A DNA stretch of 45,667 nt from Candidatus Doudnabacteria bacterium (GCA_041644975.1 JBAZQX010000003.1:73530-119196); one strand, 5' to 3'. Positions 7,331-14,618 are shown, counted from the first letter of the stretch. Notes: generated by a model not told the origin, from the sequence alone. Translations and numbers: made by a program.

Positions 7331-8125
7331 ATGCCAGAAGTACCAGGCTACAATCCAGAAAAAGAAAAAACAGTTGAACTAAATCCAACGGAAATGGAGC
7401 CCCTGACAGCATACAATGAAGAATTTTTTATTTCACATGTTGAAGAAGGACAAGATGTATTGGTCGGTCAAGGATTAGCTGATGGAGATTTCTATATAAG
7501 ATGTGATTTTTCGGCCTTTGCTGAAAAACTAAAAGTGGTTACACCCGAAAAGTTGGCAGAACTTTTCGCCGCTGCCGGCAAGCTCGAACAACAGGCCCCT
7601 AATTTGGATGAAGATACTCGAAAATTATTAAATTCATGCTGGAGGACTACAAGAATAACAAGAAATCTTCTCGGTGATGTAGGTTCAGAATTCCAAAGAA
7701 ATCAAAGCTTTCATGAGTATTCAACAAGAACAGTGGATGGTAAAAAGGTTTGTATTAAGCCTATTTCCAAAAGTCAGGGGCAGGCAGTTTGTGCTGAATA
7801 CGCTTTAATGGCCCACCATGTCTTAGAGAAGCTGGGTATTCAATCATCAATTATTGTCGGTGCATTTTCAGAAAATCCCAACGATCCGCTTGCCGACAGA
7901 CACACTTTTCTTGTTTTGGAAAATGGCAAATATGTATTTGATCCAACCCACTCAGCACTGCAAAAAGACAGCTGGCCCCCAAAGGTATTTACCCCTGAAA
8001 CCCCCCTTACTGTTGAATCTCTAAGAGACATGGAAACGGACGATAATAAACCATTCGGCCGAAAAATCATATGTACGGATTTACTCACAAAAAAAGAAAG
8101 GATTTATGGATCGGGAGCAGTATAA
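7331..8125 (+). CDS. Transglutaminase-like / papain-fold thiol enzyme
   Basis: Cys-His-Asp arrangement: GQAVCAEYALMAHHVLEKLGI, ADRHTFLVLENG, YVFDPTH. The ORF track begins at TTG 7319; the ATG is at 7331. Confidence 0.55.
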   Translation: MPEVPGYNPEKEKTVELNPTEMEPLTAYNEEFFISHVEEGQDVLVGQGLADGDFYIRCDFSAFAEKLKVVTPEKLAELFAAAGKLEQQAPNLDEDTRKLLNSCWRTTRITRNLLGDVGSEFQRNQSFHEYSTRTVDGKKVCIKPISKSQGQAVCAEYALMAHHVLEKLGIQSSIIVGAFSENPNDPLADRHTFLVLENGKYVFDPTHSALQKDSWPPKVFTPETPLTVESLRDMETDDNKPFGRKIICTDLLTKKERIYGSGAV

Positions 8126-8169
8126 AATTGTTCAAACTATTTTTAGGGTATTTGTTTTGGAGATACATC

Positions 8170-8247
8170 GCCTAACACTGAATATACGGTTCCGCTTCGC
8201 TTCACCCAAATTGCTATCGCAGCTTCAGATATTCGGATATATTGAAT
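8170..8247 (+). repeat. attC-like imperfect palindrome, family T1
   Basis: GCCTAAC-ACTGA-ATATAC ... CAGATAT-TCGGATAT-ATTGAAT. The centre CGCTTCGCTTCACCCAAATTGCTAT.GCAGCTTCAGATAT is shared with 5237-5313. Confidence 0.55.
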
Positions 8248-8308
8248 AAAATACCACTTACATTTCAAGAGGTGAGATTCAAATTGATGATAAATTTATA
8301 AAATCGCA

Positions 8309-8438
8309 TTTCATGGCTACGCCAGATCTTTAGACAGTCCCGAGGCCGTTCAGGCTCCGAAGAGCCTTCAGGCTCGAGGAGACTTCAGGCTCGAGGAGAC
8401 TTCAGTCCGAAGGTCGTTCAGACCCGAAGGGATCTTTA
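8309..8438 (+). repeat. Palindromic repeat cluster (TTCAGNC.CGAAGG family) inserted in a cassette leader
   Basis: CATGGCTACGCCAGATCT is the reverse complement of 27660-27677. Tandem CTTCAGGCTCGAGGAGA units are present. The same family occurs at 27640-27720, 33925-34015, 38095-38215 and 39385-39500. Confidence 0.6.
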
Positions 8439-8471
8439 GAAAAAAATTATTAACTATTAACCAAAAAACAA

Positions 8472-8810
8472 ATGGAAAACCTTGAACAAGAGGGGGGAAA
8501 TATTAATACCGAAGAAATTAAGAGGGAAAATATTGATATCGAAGAAATCAAAAGATTTTATGATGTGATAGGCACCAAAATGCGTAATTTCACAAGACCA
8601 TCCGGAAAACTGAATGTGGAAGCCTATGGGAGATTTATGGATTTTATGGATAAATTGGAAGAGAAATACGGAAAAGAAGAATTACGAAAATACGCGGCAT
8701 TCCATGCGGCAAGCGGCAGCAGTATTCTGGAGGACGAATTTGTTGACATCACAAGGCTTGATCTTCCGGGTGGAGATTCCATAGAGGATTTTTTTGACTC
8801 ACAAAAATGA
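8472..8810 (+). CDS. Hypothetical acidic protein (paralog A)
   Basis: Full-length homology to the next ORF; the C-terminal FVDITRLDLPGGDSIEDF is identical in both. Confidence 0.6.
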   Translation: MENLEQEGGNINTEEIKRENIDIEEIKRFYDVIGTKMRNFTRPSGKLNVEAYGRFMDFMDKLEEKYGKEELRKYAAFHAASGSSILEDEFVDITRLDLPGGDSIEDFFDSQK

Positions 8811-8822
8811 GCTATCCACCAA

Positions 8823-8905
8823 TTAGGGAACGCTGGTTTAAGCGCGTATAATATTCAAGAATTAAAATTTTTTTAGAAAACAATTCATATAAGAACGAGT
8901 GAAAC
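8823..8905 (+). repeat. attC-like imperfect palindrome, family T2 (copy 3; 3' box degenerate, GTGAAAC)
   Basis: TTAGGGAAC-GCTGG-TTTAAGCGCGTATAATATTCAAGAATT...CAATTCATATAAG-AACGA-GTGAAAC. Confidence 0.5.
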
Positions 8906-8973
8906 GAAATTTTGTTCAATAAATATTTTTTTATTTTTTATTAAAAAATTATTAACTATTGACGAAAAAACAA

Positions 8974-9312
8974 ATGGAAAACTTGGAACAAGAGAGGGGA
9001 AATATTGATACCGAAGAAATTAAAAGGAAAAATATTGATACCGAAGCAATCAAGAGGTTTTGTGATGTGATAAGAACCAAAAAGGATAATGCTATAAGCC
9101 CATCCGGAGAACTGAGCGAGGAAGCCTGGGATAGACTTACGGATTTTATTCAACAATTGAAAAACAAATACGGACAAGAAGAATTACAAAAATACGCGGC
9201 ATTCCATGCGGCAACCGGCAGCAGTATTCCCGAGGGCAAATTTGTTGACATCACAAGGCTTGATCTTCCGGGTGGAGATTCCATAGAGGATTTTTTGGAC
9301 TCACAAAAATGA
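8974..9312 (+). CDS. Hypothetical acidic protein (paralog B)
   Basis: MENLEQERGNIDTEEIKR... parallels paralog A. The same roughly 35 nt leader (AAAAATTATTAACTATT.AC.AAAAAACAAATGGAAAAC) precedes both. The ORF track starts at TTG 8959. Confidence 0.6.
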   Translation: MENLEQERGNIDTEEIKRKNIDTEAIKRFCDVIRTKKDNAISPSGELSEEAWDRLTDFIQQLKNKYGQEELQKYAAFHAATGSSIPEGKFVDITRLDLPGGDSIEDFLDSQK

Positions 9313-9364
9313 ATAGACCAAGATAATATTTTTCTATCGGCAAAATAAAACTTTTCATTACATC

Positions 9365-9452
9365 CAGTGACAGCATATATCTGGCTCGCTCCCTGCAGTC
9401 AATTGACCCATATTCACTTCAGGCGGATATCGGATATCCGCGAACGTTATTG
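9365..9452 (+). repeat. attC-like imperfect palindrome, family T1
   Basis: CAGTGAC-AGCA-TATATCTG ... GCGGATATC-G-GATATCCGC-GAAC-GTTATTG. Confidence 0.5.
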
Positions 9453-9537
9453 GCAGTCGTTCGGGCTTAAAGAAAGGAGATAAGAAACATTTATTATTTA
9501 TTATTTAAATAATGATATTAAAAACATCGGAGGGTAT

Positions 9538-11538
9538 ATGAAAAAAATTCTAATCTTATTCTGCGCTCTAGCTGCTGTTTTTTTGATTATCCCAGTAATT
9601 CCAGATGCCAAAGCCGAGGACTTGCCGAGCGGGGTTATTCCCAAACTGCCGAAAACGCAAAATGACCCTATTCTTTCCGAAGGCAAGGTTTATCCTTTTT
9701 GGGGACCGGTATGCCAAAGATACACTTATTCCGTGATTTATCAAGATAAAGAAGGGAAGGCGCCGGAATATGTTAAGATTTATTTCAACGGCAAAATGAT
9801 AGACATGGAAAAAGCGGACACTCAAGATAATAATTATAAAAAAGGAGTGAAATATATTTACAAGAATGTCCCAAACAAATTTGGCTCTAATTTTTATTAT
9901 TTTGAGGCTTCGAATGGACTTGGCAAAACGCGCGATTCAATTATTGATTCGCCAGATAACGGACCAGTGCTTTTTGACGCTGATCTTAAAGAGAATGAAA
10001 TTATTTTGATTGATCCTGAAAGTGGAAACCTAAAGTGGCGCTATCCAATTCAAGAAGAGTGGGTCGGCGGAGTCGCTTTATCTTCCGATGGGAAATACTT
10101 GGCGGCGCAAACTTCCAATCATATTTATTTTTTTGATACGGAAAAAAGCGAGCCTTCTTGGAGCTATCAAGGTCCGGTCGGCGGCGCGATCGGCGGAGAT
10201 GTTAAAGGCGGAGTAGCGATTTCGGCTAATGGCGATAAAATTTTTGCCGCTTTAAATGGTAAAGCATTGATGTTTAACAAAGACTCCAATAAACCTATCT
10301 GGACTTATAATTTAGGTAATAATGGCGGTGGAGCTTATGGCGTGGATATTGCCAAGAACGGTGCATACGCGGCAGTGGCAATGGCCGGATCAGAGGAAGA
10401 TCAAAATAGTAATGTTTTGATTTTATTTGACGCCCAGGGTAAAAAATTATGGCAATATCATTCCGCGGGCAACTGGCATGAGGTTAATTTATCACAAGAT
10501 GGTTCATACATTGCCGGATCAACAGGTTGTCCGGATCGAAGGGGTTATCTTTTTGCCAAAGATTCGGCTGAACCAATAATCAAGTCCGAACCTTTATCTA
10601 AAGAATCACCAATTGACGAGGCGCGCATATCAGCTCAAGGCAATTTAGTCGCCTTCGGGGTTGAATCCAGTTATGGCGCGATTGTTTTAATGGACGCGCA
10701 AAAAAAGGAAATTTTGTGGAAATACAATACTGAATATGGGAAATCCGTGCGCGCGCTGGCAATGACGCCGAGTGGAAACTTGATCGGCGCAGGCACTTTT
10801 GGCGGCGATATTTTAATTTTTGAAAAAAATTCAGATAAGCCTATCGAAAAATTAAAAATTAATTCCGCGATTGGCGCTTTTGATTTGGCGGATGACGGAT
10901 CACTTTTCGCGACCGGCTCCGCGGATAAAAAAATCCGAATATTTGAAAAGGGAGCGGGAAGGGCAAAAGCGGAGATTTTAGCGAATGAATATGTTGGTGA
11001 ATTGGATATCGCAGGGAATGGAAAATATTTAGCCGCGGGTACAAGCGGTTCGGTGTATTTTTTTGAAACTATCACTGATTTAGCGAATAAGGGGATTTTT
11101 ACCTGCAAGGAAATTATAGAACCCAAAGCAGAAGATACCACCTTGTTTGGCGGACAAAATAGCGGAAATAATTTGGCGGACAATGCAGATAATCAAGAAA
11201 AGCCAGTGGAAAAAGAAACATCTTCTTGGCTTACGCGGGGCGCAATAATTTTTGGAGGGATAATGATGATCGTGTTGATTGGTTACATTTTAATTTGCCG
11301 CAAACGCGCGCGACCGCCCAAAAAGTTGATTATTATTTTAATATCATTTTTAATAATACTTTCCCTGATAATTGCTATTTATTTTAGCCAAGGGAAAAAG
11401 GTTGAGTCTGACAAAAACGCGAGTAAAGACCAAAATCAAAAAGAAACCCCTGAAAATATCTGTGGAAATACTTTGTGCGAGCCCAATTTGGGGGAAACAA
11501 AGGAGAATTGCGCCAAAGACTGCTTAGGCGGGGAATAA
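9538..11538 (+). CDS. Secreted, membrane-anchored beta-propeller (WD40/PQQ-like repeats) protein with a Cys-rich tail
   Basis: Signal peptide, then about 8 repeats of the type DGKYLAA.T...IYFFD / GSADKKIRIFEK. Two C-terminal TM helices and a CGNTLCEP...CAKDC tail. RBS GGAGGG lies upstream. Confidence 0.65.
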   Translation: MKKILILFCALAAVFLIIPVIPDAKAEDLPSGVIPKLPKTQNDPILSEGKVYPFWGPVCQRYTYSVIYQDKEGKAPEYVKIYFNGKMIDMEKADTQDNNYKKGVKYIYKNVPNKFGSNFYYFEASNGLGKTRDSIIDSPDNGPVLFDADLKENEIILIDPESGNLKWRYPIQEEWVGGVALSSDGKYLAAQTSNHIYFFDTEKSEPSWSYQGPVGGAIGGDVKGGVAISANGDKIFAALNGKALMFNKDSNKPIWTYNLGNNGGGAYGVDIAKNGAYAAVAMAGSEEDQNSNVLILFDAQGKKLWQYHSAGNWHEVNLSQDGSYIAGSTGCPDRRGYLFAKDSAEPIIKSEPLSKESPIDEARISAQGNLVAFGVESSYGAIVLMDAQKKEILWKYNTEYGKSVRALAMTPSGNLIGAGTFGGDILIFEKNSDKPIEKLKINSAIGAFDLADDGSLFATGSADKKIRIFEKGAGRAKAEILANEYVGELDIAGNGKYLAAGTSGSVYFFETITDLANKGIFTCKEIIEPKAEDTTLFGGQNSGNNLADNADNQEKPVEKETSSWLTRGAIIFGGIMMIVLIGYILICRKRARPPKKLIIILISFLIILSLIIAIYFSQGKKVESDKNASKDQNQKETPENICGNTLCEPNLGETKENCAKDCLGGE

Positions 11539-11608
11539 AAAATAATCAGAAAATTTTATGAATAGGTTAGCAAAAATACTTTTAATCACCAAGAGCGTGC
11601 GGACTTTT

Positions 11609-11678
11609 GGCTCGGCTCTTATAGTCGCTCGACCCATATCCGCTTCAGGCGGATATCGGATATCCGCGAACTTGAGGC
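11609..11678 (+). repeat. Truncated family-T1 element (3' half only) at the end of the array
   Basis: GGCTCGGCTCTTATAGTCGCTCGACCCATATCCGCTTCAGGCGGATATCGGATATCCGCGAACTTGAGGC aligns with the 3' two thirds of 7198-7285 and 9365-9452. The RYYYAAC / TATATCTG 5' part is absent. Confidence 0.5.
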
Positions 11679-11707
11679 GACATTTTCTTTTAAAAATTGC
11701 TTTTGTT

Positions 11708-11745
11708 TGAAAATAAAAAGGGTCACTGATTATACTTAGTGACCC
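11708..11745 (-). terminator. Rho-independent terminator of the minus-strand small membrane protein gene
   Basis: On the minus strand, GGGTCACT-AAGTATAATC-AGTGACCC is followed by TTTTTATTTT. Confidence 0.6.
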
Positions 11746-11782
11746 GGTGAAATCTCCGCTTGATGTTGGTTAAAAGAATTAA

Positions 11783-12019
11783 TTACTTGAAGGAAAACGA
11801 TACTCTGAAATGTTCTTTTATGAAAACCGCACTCTTGATGAGAGCATCTATAATGTGAACACCCATCATTAAAGCAACTGTGCTCACGAGAACATTCCAA
11901 AGCCCGATTTCTCCATATTGCGCGAATAACCACCCAATTCCAAAACACAGTATACAAAGCGAAAATGGATATAGTGCTAGCTTATTTCCATACATGAGCT
12001 GAGCCCTGCCACGTGTCAT
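11783..12019 (-). CDS. Small two-TM membrane protein, hypothetical
   Basis: AAGGAGG RBS 7 nt upstream of the ATG. Two hydrophobic helices. A terminator lies downstream. Confidence 0.55.
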   Translation of the reverse strand: MTRGRAQLMYGNKLALYPFSLCILCFGIGWLFAQYGEIGLWNVLVSTVALMMGVHIIDALIKSAVFIKEHFRVSFSFK

Positions 12020-12337
12020 TGCGCGCCTCCTTTAAAAGAATGAACAGTTTGGCGATTATTTAGATATTTTAATATAAGCACTTTTAAATCCATAAGTCAA
12101 CCTTCCCACCACGAAAAAGCAATTTTGAAAAGAAAACTCAAGGGGATGCTACGGTTTTTTGCCCCTTTTATCATTTATAATTACATTAAGGTAGGACAAA
12201 AGACCCTCGCCTTTTTAGGGGGACTGTCCCCGATTTACATTATTGTTTTGCCCTTGGCTTGCTTAATAATACTGTAAAAGGTAAAAAAATAAACAGGGGA
12301 AGTTTGAGTAACTGAAGATGCTGTCAATTTTTAATCT

Positions 12338-12973
12338 ATGCTTACCAAAAAACAGCTTGATTACATTACTAGACTCCAAATAGAGCGGCAACGGGAGTTT
12401 AAAAGGATACCTAAGAAGGGAATTAAAGTACGGTATTTGGGCAAAGAGTTTGTGGTTTTGAAAAATGTCTTTACGCCTTTTGATGACAGTATGCCTTTGG
12501 TAGAAAATTACCAAATAAACCCTGGCGAAGAAGTATTGGATGTCTGCACGGGCTCTGGGGTGATTGCCATCTTTTCCGCCTACAAGGGGGCAAAAAAGGT
12601 AGTGGCGCTAGATATCAACCCAGAGGCGGTGAAATGCGCAAAGATTAATGTGAAACTGCATGGATTTTCTCATATTATTGACGTCAGATTATCTAATGTT
12701 TTCAGCGCGGTCAGAAAGGATGAAAAGTTTAATGTCATTACAGGCAATTTGCCTTTCCGCGACAAACGCGCGCCCGATCTTGTTGCCGCTTCGCAATGGG
12801 ACACAAATCTTAAAGCGCACCGAGATTTTTTCTCTGTGGTCAAAAATTATTTAAAGCCAAACGGCAGGATCTACCTCTCGCAAGCAAACTTTGGCGCAGT
12901 GAAAGAAATGAAAAAGATGGCTCGCAAGGCTGGATTAAGAATAAAACTTATTGGTAAAAAAGAGATGCCCTAA
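12338..12973 (+). CDS. Class I SAM-dependent methyltransferase (HemK/PrmC-like small-domain type)
   Basis: Motif I VLDVCTGSGVIAI, acidic loop VALDIN, and motif IV variant ITGNLPF (NPPY-like). Confidence 0.7.
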   Translation: MLTKKQLDYITRLQIERQREFKRIPKKGIKVRYLGKEFVVLKNVFTPFDDSMPLVENYQINPGEEVLDVCTGSGVIAIFSAYKGAKKVVALDINPEAVKCAKINVKLHGFSHIIDVRLSNVFSAVRKDEKFNVITGNLPFRDKRAPDLVAASQWDTNLKAHRDFFSVVKNYLKPNGRIYLSQANFGAVKEMKKMARKAGLRIKLIGKKEMP

Positions 12974-13279
12974 AATGATCCACGGATATTTTATGCTTTT
13001 TTGGCGCACCCTAAAATTCCACTGAATAATTTAAATTTATGCCTAAAAAATCTTGGTGCAAAAAACTAAAAGACAATAAAGAAAGGAGGGATTATTTTGT
13101 CAGGATTATATCTTGAGGTAATGGAGTGGCCTGTGGTGGAAAGCCGCAAATTGGACGGCATAAGCTCTTATTATTTCAAATGGCTTTCCAAAATACCTTG
13201 CGCCGCACGGAATGAAACCGTAAAGCTCTTTATCGCCTTAGAAGAACTTGAGGATCAAAAAAAGGATTTTCATTGGTAA

Positions 13280-13437
13280 AGCAATTTCGGCTATCAATCT
13301 TGGCCATCAAATCAACTTTTAAATCGTCGGGACAGCCCACTTTGTTGGAAAAAACTTTAGAAGATGGCGCTAAAAGAGCGCGGGTTATCGCCCGCGAAAC
13401 AGTGGCAAAAGTAAAAAACGCTGGCCTTAGCCGTTAA
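13280..13437 (+). pseudogene. Possible remnant of a tryptophanyl-tRNA synthetase C-terminus
   Basis: The translation ...LLEKTLEDGAKRARVIARETVAKVKNAGLSR* resembles the conserved TrpRS C-terminal helix (..DGAEKA...A..T...V....G.). It is in frame with, but separated by a stop from, ORF 13097-13279. No N-terminal catalytic part is present. Confidence 0.3.
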
Positions 13438-13578
13438 AACAGTTTTTCAAGCCGGGTTTCAGGCGATTATTCTTTGGTTTTTGGTTTTGTCTTAATGGAC
13501 AAAGCTTTTTATTTGTGATAGTTTGAAATCAGAACATTAATACATTCTTCCAGAAATCCTTAAAAAGAAGGTGAAAAA

Positions 13579-14616
13579 ATGACTATAGAACTTGAAGAGG
13601 AAGAGTTGGAAGAAATGGAAGAGGAAGAAAAAACAGAAGAGGAAGACAGTTACAGTGCCCGGACATACAGTAACGATGAGACCGTTAACTGGTACCTGAG
13701 AAATACCGCCCGTATTCCTTTGTTAACAGCTGAGGAGGAAAAAATTCTGACCTGGAAAATCTGGAAAATCCAGGAAAGAATAGCCAAACTTCAGGAACAA
13801 ACAGAAGCCACTGATGACCTAACAGTTCTCCAAAGACTTGCCAGAGCAAAAAAGGCAGCAATAGCGGATTGTCTACCATTGCGAAACCAGATGTGGGAAC
13901 ATAATCTCCGGCTGGTCATCAGACCCGCCTATAAATATTGGCTGATGATTAACCACACAATGGGTTTCTCTGACCTAATTCAAGAAGGCAATATCGGCTT
14001 GATGAGAGCAGTAGAGAAATTTGACCCCCGCAAGGGCTGTAAGTTTTCAACTTATGCTGTCTGGTGGATAATGCAATCCATCTTGAGGGCGATTGCTGAC
14101 AAAGCAAGAACAATTCGATTACCTGTTCACATTCAAGAAATAGAACGGGTAATAGAACGGATTGAAAAAAAGATGGGCGCCATCACGCCTGAGTTATTAA
14201 AAGAACATAATCTTTCTGAAAAACAAATTGAAAATGCTCTTGGAGCCCGAAACCTCACCAGCATCCCCTCGTTGAATTTTCTCTTGTTTCCTCAAGAGGG
14301 AGACAAAAGTGATGAATTGGGCGATGTAGTTGAAAATATACAAAGCCCCTCGCCTGAAGACGAAGCCATCTCGGCTGATTTAAGAGAAAGGTTAAATGAA
14401 GTTTTACAGGAACTCTCGGAAAGAGAAGCTACGGTTCTTAGGCTTCGTGCCGGCTGGGACGGAAACGGTTCCCGCACTCTTGAAGAAATAGGCGCTGTCT
14501 TCAATGTCACCCGCGAAAGAATACGGCAAATTGAGGCGAAGGCCCTTAACAAATTGAGGCATCCGGTAAGAGTGCAGAAACTTGCCGGATTTCTCAAAGA
14601 TTATCTGGAAGAATAA
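13579..14616 (+). CDS. rpoD: RNA polymerase sigma-70 family factor (RpoD-like primary sigma)
   Basis: Region 2 DLIQEGNIGLMRAVEKFDPRKGCKFSTYAVWWIMQSI, region 3, and region 4 TLEEIGAVFNVTRERIRQIEAKALNKLRHP. The N-terminus is acidic. Confidence 0.9.
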   Translation: MTIELEEEELEEMEEEEKTEEEDSYSARTYSNDETVNWYLRNTARIPLLTAEEEKILTWKIWKIQERIAKLQEQTEATDDLTVLQRLARAKKAAIADCLPLRNQMWEHNLRLVIRPAYKYWLMINHTMGFSDLIQEGNIGLMRAVEKFDPRKGCKFSTYAVWWIMQSILRAIADKARTIRLPVHIQEIERVIERIEKKMGAITPELLKEHNLSEKQIENALGARNLTSIPSLNFLLFPQEGDKSDELGDVVENIQSPSPEDEAISADLRERLNEVLQELSEREATVLRLRAGWDGNGSRTLEEIGAVFNVTRERIRQIEAKALNKLRHPVRVQKLAGFLKDYLEE

Positions 14617-14618
14617 CA

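Noticed and set aside
10671-11183. Long antisense ORFs inside large genes (10671-11183, 18152-18550, 14292-14736, 30019-30327, 40458-40814 and others).
   Set aside because: Each is fully embedded antisense or out of frame in a CDS with clear family motifs. The translations are low-complexity.
2548-11678. Regularly recurring repeats separated by unique sequence, considered as a possible CRISPR array.
   Set aside because: The spacers are 0.2-2.2 kb ORFs. The repeats are 43-134 nt imperfect palindromes from two sequence families, not short identical direct repeats. No cas genes are present.
13097-13279. A 60-aa ORF with a TTG start and an AGGAGG RBS.
   Set aside because: It is not reported as a CDS: there is no recognisable family, and it is contiguous with the TrpRS-like remnant. 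It may be real, but the support is insufficient.
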